Translations under genes and position numbers: made by a program
Shown here: positions 12,240-24,679 of the stretch, piece by piece
Layout: every line of letters begins with the position of its first letter
Numbering within the stretch: the stretch's first letter is position 1
Assembly: GCF_006345805.1 (NCBI RefSeq)
Contig: NC_043013.1
Coordinates: 46,934,001-46,998,000, forward strand
Reading direction: 5' to 3'
Source of the DNA: Octopus sinensis
Taxonomy: Eukaryota
Length of the DNA stretch: 64,000 bases
Notes under the pieces: generated by a model
What the model was told of the DNA's origin: nothing
Databases searched by the model: none
The model's input: the letters and a program-made list of their open reading frames with translations, nothing else

Positions 12240-12400
12240 AATTCACGAAAAAACAAAAGACGAAGACAAGTGGTGTAGACAGGAAACAGATGTATTAGTA
12301 TAAAGCTCGGGAAGTGAAAAAGTCTTTTATGTTTCGAGCCTACGCTCTTCTACAGAAAGGAACACAGAAAGAAACAAGTAGCTAGCGATCTATCATGGCG
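12240..12400 (-). mobile_element. Dispersed microsatellite-flanked repeat carrying a hammerhead-like motif (copy 1)
   Basis: Closely similar to 22975-23146; motif CTGTAGAAGAGCGTAGGCTCGAAACATAAAAGAC on the minus strand at 12322-12363. Confidence 0.65.
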
Positions 12401-12946
12401 AATATATATATATATATATATAATATATATATATATTATATATATATATATATATGTATATTATGAAACCAAAATTCATTGACCTACCACAACAAATATG
12501 TTAGATCCACTTTACCATAGCTTCGCGGACAACGGCAATAAGTTCAAATTATGTTCGCCGACAAAAAAAATATTCACAACGTATTCACTGCTTCTCTCTA
12601 CTAAAACTTACAGAAGTCTACATTCGAAGCTTCACACGGTTGCTTGACATCCTGAAAATAGCAGACAAATTTCCCTTAAATCCCATCCTATTTACTACCT
12701 TAAAAACTAAGAAGACACTGGATAATGTAGTTTTAAATACATATGAATACGTATTGGTCATGAGTGGAACGCCTTTAAACAGAGGCCTGCTTCATTAAGA
12801 CATATCTAATACTAAGCAACTACAATAACAGAAGAAAAATTGAATATGATTCACTGATACCAGACATTTATAAACATAAGAGCGTAAAAATGACATAAAA
12901 TTTCATATTATAACATTTTCCGTTATTGGAAATATTATCCTATTAC

Positions 12947-13096
12947 TTTTTCAAGAATCCAGGATTTGAACACAAAATAATTTCCTGGAAGGCCGTCGAA
13001 TAAAACTGTATTTCCAATACAAACTCTTGAAAACGGTTTGGAGTTGTTTCTTTTCTGCAAAAGCTGTACTTTTTGCCTCTGATATGAAGAAACATT
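12947..13096 (-). other. Candidate 150-nt internal exon (unverified)
   Basis: TTTTCGTATATTGCAG acceptor, AAA|GTAATA donor, open in phase 0 (NVSSYQRQ...FKSWILEK). No recognised protein similarity. Confidence 0.15.
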
Positions 13097-13724
13097 CTGC
13101 AATATACGAAAACTTATAAAAGACGACAGGAATTGTAAAACCCATAGGAAAGATATTGGTGAAATCTCAATAGATGAAAACGTTGGATATACTTTGCGAA
13201 AAATGAAAACATTATAAAACTCCGTTGCTCCTAGTAACCATGGAGAAAGGAAATTAATCATTTTATCGAATGGAAACCTAGAAAGTCGTGATTTCGGTCA
13301 AGTGAGATTACAAACGCTCCAGAAATGTCTCAGGAATGAGGAGCCGCGACAAAATAATGTTATTAGGTTGTCGCAGTCGTGCCGTCTATGGCTGAACAAC
13401 ACTGACCTATCAAAATCATATGTATTCCCATAGAAACAGGTAATCATACAAACCCACTCTCACTTTCATATATGTCTAGAGTTATAAACCTATCTGTTTC
13501 TTAATGCATAGCTGAGATGTAATCAATAGATTTTTATCCTGGTACAATAAGGAGTCGGAAATCGGAATATTTCACTAAAAACAAGTTTACAATTTCCCTA
13601 CGGAAAAAGCGAAAAGAAAAGTATACGAGTTAATCTAAATATTTGAAAATTTTATTTAAATCCTGTCATTTACTACATTTATCTCTCGATTCCGTCAATA
13701 TTCTATAACATGCTGTGTAGTTTC

Positions 13725-14695
13725 CATATGTTAGAACCGTTAGGATGCTGGACAGAATTCTTAGCGGCATTTCGTCTGTCTGTATGTTCTGAGTTCAAAT
13801 TCCACCAAGGGCGACTTTGCCTTTCATCCTTTCGGGGTCGATAAATTATGTACCAGGTGCATACTGATGTCGATCTAATCGACTGGACCCCCTCGCCAAA
13901 AATTTCGGGCCTTGTGGCTAGAGTAGAAAAGAATATTTTTATTGTTAAGCGGCGAGCTGGCAGAACCGTTAGCACGCCAGGCAGAAAGCTTAGCGGAATT
14001 TCGTCTGTTTTTACGTTCTGGGTTAAAATGCTGCCGAGGTTGGGTTTGCTTTCATCATCTCAGGGGTCAATAAAATAAGTACCAGTGGAGTACAGAAGTT
14101 AATTTAAGCGACTTAGCTCTGCCCCAAAATTGCTGGCCTTGGGCCAAAAATTGAAATCAATATTTTTTTATTGCTGTTAGTGTAATTTGTCAGCACATCT
14201 AACGCGAAAATAAGGGGTGTGGATTCGATTCCTTCGGGTAGTAATACCCATTTTTTAGAAGAAGCTTTGAGCTGACAGAATTGTTACCGCGCCGGGCGTC
14301 CGTCCTTACATTCTGAGTTCAAATTCCGCCGAGCTCGACTTTGGTTCTCATCCTTTCGGGGTCGATAAAATAAGTACTATCTGAACACTGGGATTGATGT
14401 AATCGAATTAATCCTTTCCTCGCAATTGCTGGCCTTGTGCCAAAATTTGAAACCAGGACTTTTTATTGTTGTTAAGGCGGCGAGCTGGCAGAATCATTAG
14501 CACGCCGGGCGAAATACTCAGCATGATTTCATCCGTCTTTACGTTCTGAGTTCAAAATCAGACGACATCGACTTTGCCTTTCATCATTTTGGGGTTGATA
14601 AAATAAGAATCACTTGAGAAACAGGGTTGATGTAATGAACTTTCCTCTCCACCCGAAATTGCTGGCCTTGTGTCAAGAATTTGAAACCAATATTT
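13725..14695 (+). mobile_element. Cluster of four head-to-tail family A SINEs
   Basis: Repeated TTCTGAGTTCAAATT...CTTTCATCCTTTCGGGGTCGATAAA modules at about 13725, 13945, 14260 and 14470, each ending in GGCCTTGTG...AATATT-type tails. Confidence 0.85.
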
Positions 14696-14934
14696 GTATT
14701 GTTTTTGTTATTGATGTTGCGATTAAGACTAGGTGTTGGGAACTGATCAACTATAAAGTCATATCTGCATATATGATGTAGATATCTTGTGCATATATCT
14801 ATAGTGTAATACTGTAGTGAGGTGCTGGGGTGTAGTGTTGTGATGTAATATAGTTAAAAAATAAGATGTAGCGCTTTTGATGTAAAGCAGTGATAAAATA
14901 CTTCAATGTAATGCTGTAATGTAATGATGGGTGT

Positions 14935-15200
14935 CGAGATGCTGTCGAGATGTTAATCCCCTTCGGTGATGAAAGTTTCCCTCCAAGGCACAAGTCCGGG
15001 CAAGGTTGTTTATGGAAGACTAGCAGTCGCCCATGCATACCAGCCTCCCCTTTTCACGCCACGATGTTATCCATGGGAAAGGCAAACGCCGATACAGCTT
15101 GGCACTAGTGACGTCGCAACTAATTTCTACAGCTGAGTGAACTGGATCAACGTGAAATGAAGTGTCTTGCTCAAGAACACAGTTCACAGCCCGGAGCGTC
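14935..15200 (-). mobile_element. SINE family E body (CORE-like) with an alternative 3' tail
   Basis: Reverse complement TGTGTTCTTGAGCAAGACACTTCATTTCACGTTGATCCAGTTCACTCAGCTG matches the body of 35526-35846, but continues into GCCAAGCTGTATCGG...CCATAAACAACCTTGCCC. Confidence 0.7.
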
Positions 15201-15699
15201 GGGCTCACAATTATGCGGTGTAGTGTCCAGTGTAGAGCTGTAATTAGTGCATCACAGCAGTTTAACAATTAGCTTAGTGTAACATAGAGTTGTTATTATT
15301 GTGTAGTATCAGTAAGGCGGCGAGCTGGCAGAATCGTTGACATTTCGTCTGTCTTTATGTTCTAAGTTCAAATGTCAGCACGCGGGGGTCGGGGGTCGGG
15401 GGTCGATGTAATTGACTTACGCCCTCGCACGAAATTGCTAGGTTTTTTTTTTGCCAAAATGTGAAACCCATATATGGTGTCGTCTTCGGAAAGAATTACT
15501 GAAGATGTCACTGCCATCACAATCGAGTTCTGAGTCCAAAACCTTCATGCATCAATCGAGCTAAGTGTATCTAGGGCGGCTCATCAACGTTTTCTGCAAC
15601 AATCTCAAAAATTACGGCAATAGGAAAATGGAGTTCAGTCAACTGACAGACATGGTTTAATTTCAGTCCAGTGATTTGTAATAAATGAGCAGAAATTGT

Positions 15700-16000
15700 T
15701 GTCTTCAAAACTTTTCCAGAAATTACCAATGTAAGAGGAGAAGTGGAACAAATATAAAGCGAGGGCAAAAAAAATATTGGATTGGTAGCACAATTAGAAA
15801 AGACACACCAAAGGTAGCGAAAAGTGGAAACCGGTTGGATATAGAAAGAAAGGTAGACCTAAGAACTCGTGGCGTAGATCAACACAAAAGAAACTAGAGA
15901 AAGGGGGACATTCATGGCAGAGATAAAGTATAGAAGCGAAAAAGTATGCGACATGGAATTCAATTATAAGTGGCCTATACTCCGCGTTGGAGGGTTAAAG
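15700..16000 (+). mobile_element. RTE-clade LINE, degenerate 3' end
   Basis: Frame-shifted translation WIGSTIRK...RKKGRPKNSWRRSTQKKLEKGGHSW...GLYSALEG resembles the RTE ORF2 C-terminus (WIGHTLRK...GRPKNTWRR...GLCS). Confidence 0.75.
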
Positions 16001-16183
16001 GCAAAAAAAAAAAGTTTAGTCCTGAAATATCAAAAACTTTCATTGATGTAGATAGATTGAAACTTCGCAGTATATTACTGGTACATAACTACTATTGTGA
16101 TAACGAAGGCGGAATAAAAGGCACGTTTGAATTTGATGATATTGCTTTCAGCAGCAGCCGCTACAGTAGCAGCAGCAGCAGCT

Positions 16184-16226
<43 letters not shown>

Positions 16227-16452
16227 CATAAAGCTAGAGTTACCTTTGATAGGATTTGAACTCTTTTGGTGAAGTAACCGTTAAGCCTTCGGCTGCTTTA
16301 GATATATCACTACTGTTGAGAGACACATTCATACACACAAACGCTAAAAGGTGTGTGTGTGTATGTGTGTGCGTGTGTGTGCGCATACGTGCGGCGTATC
16401 TATCTATATTTATACATATGCATATGTTTATATGTATATATATATATATAGG

Positions 16453-16509
<57 letters not shown>

Positions 16510-16514
<5 letters not shown>

Positions 16515-16725
16515 CTTTACTACCACAAGGGGCCAAACACAGAGGGGACAAACAAGGACAGACAAAGAGATTAAGTCGATTACATCGACCCCAGTGCGTA
16601 ACTGGTACTTAATTTATCGACCCCGAAATGATGAAAGGCAAAGTCGACCTCGGCGGAATTTGAACCCAGAACGTAAGTGCAGATGAAATACGGCTACGCA
16701 TTTCGCCAGGAGTGCTAACGCTTCT
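16510..16725 (-). mobile_element. SINE family A, long-tail variant
   Basis: Near-consensus copy abutting (AT)n. Confidence 0.9.
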
Positions 16726-18694
16726 GATATATATACGCGCGCACACAAGCACACACGCACATATATATGTACATATACTGACACACACACATACATATCA
16801 GCCGGGGTCTACCGTTTGCTACCTACTCTTTCTCGACGCTTCGTAAGGGAAGCTTGTTCTATGAGTCAACCAGAAATCTCGCTCAATTACGATTCGTACA
16901 ATTATATATTTGGTAATAACAAACAAAATGTAAGAACAACTAACGAATGACTAAACATAGTGCCGGGTGTATGAAAGAAAGGTTTAATAACATTCAGGAT
17001 CTAGAATTTTAATTTAAAAAAAGATAAATAAACAAATATTATTCTTCTCAAAACTAAATTGTTTGTTAAGTTGCAAAATATCTTACGAATAATTCAGCCA
17101 AACTATAGATTTGTATTTATAGATTGAAGTTTTGCAAGTTTTATCGAGATTTACACATTCATTTAGCAACTCAAAGCCATATACCTACCGACAAGAAAAG
17201 TTTCTATATGCTGTGTAAATCTAATTTCGTCTAGATATATACGAGTTGCCAGTGGAGATAAAATGAATTTGAAAAGGTTTAAACAATTTGAAAAAATTCA
17301 ATTCCAATAGTTTTATTCGATTATGAATGATACTGAAGGTTGCTTCATTAAATTGCTTATCGATTCCTGAGAGAAAATGTATCACCATCGTCCAGTAATA
17401 AACAAGTTAAGAGCTTTTGGTTTCCGTGTAATAAAACGTAGGATTCACTGCAATCGCAGCATTCCACCGATCAAAATTCACGAAGCTAACGACTCTTCTT
17501 TGCTCTTCTCCCACGATTATCTCAATACTGTGTTTACATTGTTTATTTCTCCTTTTGTATTTCAATTTATGCTCTTTTGTATTTGATTTTATCCATTTTA
17601 AAACAAATACTTGGCTAAATCACTTTGAAAAATATCGCATTCTTAACTTGCATTAATGCAGTGAGGCAAGAGAGATAGACCACACGACAGTGGTGAGACA
17701 GCTACAGAATTTCAATGGAATAATTAAATGAACTTTGAATTAGATCATGCTAGTAGTCATTTTCTCTTTAATAACATCGAAATTCACTTACATCAAGTGG
17801 TAAATCTAAACGTAGGAGAGGATAAAAACCACAAGCAAAGAGAAACATTAATTGCATGTTGTCAAGTTCTCAGGCCCCCCGGTGTTTCACTCTGAAATTT
17901 TGCTCTTATCCAGTTATGACATTAGTCTTTAGGTTAATAACTACAGCTTACAGTTTAATTTCTCCTGGAATCCAATGCATTCGCTGTTTAATGGATAACA
18001 ATAATTTCTAACATTGGTACATGACCACAAAACTAAATCGCTTGTATCGATCGTAATACTTGACTGGAACATATACTTTCGACTAACTACTTAACCAGAA
18101 TAACAACCAAAATAGGTTTTGAATCCAAATCACCAAAGTAATTGGCTCCGTATTAAATTCTTACTATAGTAGCAGGCAACATAATTTGGTGGTAGGTTAT
18201 AGCGCATCACATCGCCTCCAGTGCGTCCTATAGAGATAAAAGTCAAAGGTAGAGTTCAACTTGAAGAACCGTAGCCAAATGCACAAGAGAACTGACTTCT
18301 AATTTATTTATTTAGCCAATTCTATTCTATTCCATTAAAGACAGAATCCTAGTATAAGTACAATGCCAAAAATTGAAGGGTGTTTAGGTATAATTGGTAG
18401 CAGCAGCCCAGTCCTTGAAAGAACATGAAGTAACTTAACTGAATTCTCCAGACATTTGCTCTACCACTTCTACAATAAACCGCCCTCCCTTCATTAAAAC
18501 ATGTATGTTAGCTGCATAAATTAAATTGCTAATTACATTCACTCAGAGACCCGTACATACTTTTCATGGGAAGAACTAGAATTGATTTAATCAATCGAAA
18601 TATACGAACATCACTTCTTTTATTGTCCCAGGAAAAGTGATATGGAAATTTGAGTCTGGATGGATACGAACTGAATATGTAAAGGGAAAGCGAT

Positions 18695-19110
18695 TCTTAT
18701 TTTTTTATTGCCCACAAGGGGCTAAACATAGAGGGGAAAAACAAGGACAGATAAACGGGTTAAGTCAACTACATCGACCCCAGTACATAACTGGCACTTA
18801 ATTTATCGACCCCGAAAGGATGAAAGGCAAAGTCGACCTCGACGGAATTTGAACTCAGAAAGTAGACAGCCGAAATACCTATTTCTTTACTACCCACAAG
18901 GGGCTAAGCACAGAAGGGACACACAAGGACATACAAACGGATTAAGTCGATTATAACGACCCCAGTGCGTAACTGGTACTTATTTAATCGACCCTGGAAG
19001 GATGAAAGGCAAAGTCGACCTCGGCAAAATTTGAACTCAGAACGTAGCGACAGACGAAATACTGCTATGCATTTCGCCCGGCGTGCTAACGATTCTGCCA
19101 GCTCGCCACC
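18695..19110 (-). mobile_element. Tandem dimer of family A SINEs
   Basis: Two copies joined at GAAATAC|CTATTTCTTTACTACCCACAAG (about 18870-18900). Confidence 0.9.
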
Positions 19111-19564
19111 TTATTTACAATTAGTGTCTTGATCCCAAAAGTGATGAGTGGCAAAGTTCATCTTAGCAAGACATGAATTCAGTACGCAAATAGCCGGAAC
19201 GAATAATGCAAAATATTTCCTCCGACGCTTCTGCAAATCCACTACATTGCGCCTCAGCAGAATGAAAGTTGAAGGTATGAATGCAAAAAATAGCTGGAAT
19301 CATGGAGGAAGTACGTATCTGGTCTAAGGTATCTTGGAGCAGACAGTTATTTCATTTTAACACGTTTATCTGAGCACTCAAGCAGAGACCCGTTTATCTG
19401 CAGGTAGAGGATTAATTCTGAAACACATTCACATTGAAGAGAGTAAAAGCATTAATAAGTAAAGAGAGGGATCAAGGCAGGTAGGACAGCAATATTAAAA
19501 GTGGGGTTTAACATATATTGTCAATATACAATGCTCCAAATGTGAAAAAGAAAATATTGGATCC

Positions 19565-19803
19565 ATATACTACTCTTTCACCACAACTTTCTCTCACTCT
19601 TACTTCCTGTTTCTGTTGTACCTGTATTTTAAAGGGCCGGCCTTGTCACTCTCTGTGTCACGCTGAATATCCCCGAGAACTACGTTAAGGGTACACGTGT
19701 CTGTGGAGTGCTCAGCCACTTACACGTTAAATCACGAGCAGGCTGTTCCGTTGATTCGGATCAACCGGAACCCTCGTCGTCGTAACCGACGGTGTGCTTC
19801 CAT
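19565..19803 (+). mobile_element. SINE family C, 5'-truncated, tail type 1
   Basis: Matches the reverse complement of 6123-6370. Confidence 0.9.
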
Positions 19804-20899
19804 ATATATATATACAGTTTATGGAGAAGAGTATTGGTTTCTGTGAGAATAAGTGTTGTTAAATCGTAAAACATGTTCTCATTAAATAATAGATTGTCAT
19901 TCATATGTCTTGACAGTAAACGATCAGGTAAACAGAGTTAAATATTACGCTTATATTTAAACGTAAACCACTTAGAAGGCGATAAACAAATAATTCTATA
20001 GTCTTAAACAGCACTTAAGGCTTCCAAACAAATTTTGAATTTGTATAAACATGTGTTTTTTTGTTCCTTATATAGATATATAATTAGCTATAAACATTTG
20101 TTCGAAAGCTATTTTCTATTTGCTTTCCGCAATAACACTATCTGTTCTCTAGCTATGTAGGTAATATTGTCTCTGCTTTTTCTTAGTTATGTATGTCATA
20201 ACATTCTACATCTTCTTTCGCGTTTCTTTTCACAAACACAGCCATAAACTGCAACATATACGACTTAAAGTGTCGGAAAGTCTCTCGTCAACGTGTTTAT
20301 ACGCAAATATATTCAACATAATTTTTTTTTTTAGATTTAAATATATACTTAAGCACACAGACATACGTATAAACACATTCACACACATTTTCAAAAATAC
20401 ATCTTTTTTTTAAAGCAATATTTCTTATCAGCAAACCTAGTAATACACTCACCCACATCCACCTATCTCGAGTTCATTATGTATGTGTCTGAGTATCTAT
20501 ATACATATGAGTGCGCATATGTATAAACCTTGCTATGTATGTGTGTTTGGGTGTACATACAAATGTACGTACATGATATATACACACAAGCGTGCGTGTA
20601 TGTGTGAGTAAGTAGACCATTTCTTAGGAATTTAAGCCATTGAAAATAGAAAAATATTCTAATTTAATGTGATTTTTTTCCATCTTAAAATGCATTTGTT
20701 TCTTCAGCTTACACTCGAATTTTTTTCTCTATCGAAATATTAATAGTTTTCTAGCTACTTAATTAAAACGTGCGGCAGCGAAACTGGCGCTTTAAGGGAA
20801 AAAATGCTAAAAAACTTATTCACTGCCAATTACAGAAAAACTGGATGTGAAAATATTCTCAATAAAACATCAAATAAACTTTTGATTAAACCGTTAGAC

Positions 20900-21430
20900 T
20901 ATATATATATATGCTTACAGCAATACATGCATACACATGTATGTGAATATCTATGTGTGTGTTCGTCTGTGTGTGTAAATATAAATGGGATACATTTAAA
21001 TATATTTTATATACACACACGAACATCCCCCGCCAACTATTTATACGTATATAAACGTTTACCTTCATGATCGACGCTGCATGTGTGTGAACGAAAGAAC
21101 GTGTAAAAATTTCAGACATACATTAATATACATAAAAAAAGTCCTTCCAAAAATAAACACACACACACACACACACACACACACCACACACACAAACACA
21201 CACACACACACAAACACACACACACTCACTCACACACACAAGTATATGTTCGCGCTCATACACACCTACGTAACCTAGAGTTTATTAAAAATAGAGTAAA
21301 TTGTGTTGGATGATTTTTATGTTTTAAAAATTGTTGAATATATTTTATACACACATACACATACATGGGTATAAAAAAATCTCTAAGAAAACATTAGAGA
21401 TGTATAATAAACGAGAGTGCGTGTGTGTAT

Positions 21431-21477
<47 letters not shown>

Positions 21478-21679
21478 TGCTCCTGTATGTTTACATTTCA
21501 GTGGGGTCTGTGTGTGTATATGTTTGTGTGTATGTAGGCTTGTTCAGCAAATGAAAAAATGTTTAGCGCAGAATTCTATCTGCAACTGTCTACGACCATA
21601 TACACATTCAAATAGTTACAAATATAGCTGTGTATGTGTGTGTGTGTGTGTGTGTGTGTATAACATAATTGGTATCGTA

Positions 21680-21714
<35 letters not shown>

Positions 21715-21895
21715 GGTAGTGTGCGTGCTATTGTCAGTTATAGGCAATAAACAGAAAAAGCATTTTCTGTTTTACATTTATATTTTATTTCAATAGATTC
21801 CTTCTCCCTAATTGTCTGCACATACTAGTGTCGTATGTTCTCTGTATACCTACACATACGCTCACAGACTCACGCATTTATGCATGCATATATAT

Positions 21896-21959
<64 letters not shown>

Positions 21960-22017
21960 TGTGTGTGTGTGTGTAATATATATATATCTATATATGTATA
22001 TTTGTACAGACGCACAC

Positions 22018-22058
<41 letters not shown>

Positions 22059-22297
22059 TATATATTGTAGGTGTTTATGTATGTATGTGATTATGTTTGT
22101 ATTCACATGTAATCATGTTTCACTTTATTAGCGAAAGAGAATAGAAGTACTCAATACAGGTGAAGTATGTTATTTATATAAGCTGAAAGTATTTCTTTTT
22201 TACTTTTCAAGTTTCAGGCCATAAGATGTATGTTTGTATATATATATTTTGTGTGTGTGTGTGTGTGTGTCTGTCTGTCTGCCTGCCAGTCTGTCTT

Positions 22298-22380
<83 letters not shown>

Positions 22381-23183
22381 TGTGCCTTTGTGTTTGCGGT
22401 TATCCCTTCATCACCGCCGGACAACCGGTGTCGGTGTGTTTACGTCCTCGTAATTTAGTCCAAGGAGACCAAAAGAATAAATACTAGGCTTCAAATAAAG
22501 ATCCTGGGATCGATTTGTTCTTCTAGAACCTTTCAAGGCGGTGCTCAAGCATGGCCACAGCGAAATGACTGAAACAAGAAAGAGAGAGAGAGAGAGAGAG
22601 AGAAGCAGATATGTATATGCAATGCTATTTACTGATGTAAAAAGAAATACTCTGTACATAGGAGTGTTTTACATATTTATTTACGTGTATGGTACTATAC
22701 ACTGTTGCTACACTGAATGCCGCTGCAAATGCTTGTCATGCATGTATGCACATATTGCACCCAAACGCACAGACGAGCACTATGCACACACAGACATTCA
22801 TATATATTATATTTGTTCTTTCTCTATATATCTCTATCTCTGTGTGTGTCTCTCTCTCTGTCTTTCTGATTATCTCTCATTCTCCTTCTCTCCCTCCCTC
22901 CCGCTCTCTTTCCATCTATACACATATATATATATATACATATACAAACATACATACATACATACATATAGGGAGAGTTTACGAAAAAAAAAGACGAAGG
23001 CAGGTGGTGTACAAAACAAACATGTATTAGTATAACGCTCAGGAATAGAAAAAGTCTTTTACGTTTCGAGCCTACGCTCTTCTACAGAAAGGGACACAGA
23101 AAAAACAAGGAAACATAGAGAGAAAAAATGTGTGTAGTGACTAACGATCTATACATACATACATACATACATACATACATACA

Positions 23184-23219
<36 letters not shown>

Positions 23220-23250
23220 TACATACATACATACATACATACATACATTC
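20900..23250. repeat. Microsatellite-dense zone (AC, AT, ACAT, CT) with a family B SINE 3' half at about 22400-22585
   Basis: Visible simple repeats; CAAGGCGGTGCTCAAGCATGGCCACAGCGAAATGACTGAAACAAG is the family B tail. Confidence 0.85.
22975..23146 (-). mobile_element. Dispersed repeat carrying a hammerhead-like motif (copy 2)
   Basis: Minus strand 23095-23054: GTCCCTTT-CTGTAGA-A-GAGC-GTAG-GCTC-GAAAC-GTA-AAAGAC. Confidence 0.65.
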
Positions 23251-24249
23251 ATACATACATGCCTCTATGTTTATCAGAATACTTTTGCGCAAAACTCCCC
23301 TCTTCGCCGGCAATTTCTACACTAGTTATTTCGTTTTCCTGTCAGTACCCTAAAAGCGCATGTCTCTATACAAACCGTTTCATCCCTTTCTTAGTTGTGT
23401 ACCTGGAATATCTGAAATAGTAGTTCATAAATAGTGAAGTGTTTCCTAACATTAACAGCTGTACACTCTCAGAGTATACAGTTTCGTACAATTCTGTTTA
23501 AAATATATATAGACACTAACACCGGCTGTTAAGCTCTGCTGGGAGACGAATACACACATACATACTCACACACGCCGCACGTAAGGTATATATGTACGAC
23601 GGGCTTCTTTCAGTTTCCGTCTACCAGATCCAAAGCTAAAGCAGAAGACACTTTCCAGAACCATGTAGTTGGGAAGCAAGCTTCTTTCCAAACAGCTGCG
23701 GTAAATTTACCTTTTAATGCTACTCCAAGAGAATAGCTTCTCTTCATTAGTTTGATATTCTTACTTATTCCACTTTGAAGATTGCCGAACGAAAATAGCT
23801 TCAGCGGAATCCCAAAACTACATTTTGGAATAAAATCAGCAATAACAAATAATCCTGTTTAATGTCTCTGTATTATACTTCTTTATCGTAGCGGGATACT
23901 GAATCCCATTTGAATTAAATGGGTCTTGCAACAGCGATGTGCAACTAGAAGAGAGATAACAATAGCGCGAGATAATATTTATCCCGCCTAAAACGCGGAT
24001 GTTCTGTTAGAAAAGCTATACTGCGGTAGATGGTTTGTTTAACAGAATATCCACGTTTAAGTCGGGATAAATATTATCTCTCTGTATTAATACTGTCTCT
24101 GTTGCTAATATATATTAGATTAGAGCTTGAACATTATTTCACAGTTTCTTACTAAGATAGTATCACTTGTAGATATTCGTAAGAATCAGAAGGGAAGTGT
24201 TATTCATTCTCTTCTCGCACTAAATCTTTTCACTAAACTCTGTTACAAA

Positions 24250-24620
24250 CTTTCCCATGAGGGCCATATCCACTTTCCTTGGTGGGGACGCTGGCAACGG
24301 GTAGTGTCAGAGCTATGCCGTCGGGAACTTCGGTTCCTGGTAGGGCCACCCAAGGCGGATTGGTCTGACACCGAGTGGTATTAGGGCCACAACCGGGCAG
24401 ACGGGGCTCTGGTGAAAATCCTCGGAGTCACTGTTTCGGCAACCGGCAGCTCCTCGGTCGTCTGCGGACAATCTACGGCAAACAGGATGTCTCCAAATGC
24501 GGGATTGTTGGGGACTGCTTGTGAAATCCACATATTCCCACGAAACGTCTTCCACCAGTAGAAGAAACCGACTTAACCCGCCCAGGGTGAATGTCGCCAC
24601 AAGCAAGCAAAGAAAGCTGA
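24250..24620 (+). mobile_element. Probable 5' end (UTR and ORF start) of an RTE-clade LINE
   Basis: GC-rich island containing GAGCTATGCC...GGTAGGGCCACCCAAGGCGGATTGGTC, which resembles RTE 5' UTRs from recall; truncated by a SINE. Confidence 0.45.
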
Positions 24621-24679
24621 TGTCTATTATGTGTAATGAATGTTCTGAAATTGTGTTATATCGTAGCATTTCTTTCGTC

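Noticed and set aside
14180-14240. tRNA gene
   Set aside because: Only degenerate A/B-box-like motifs; no cloverleaf.
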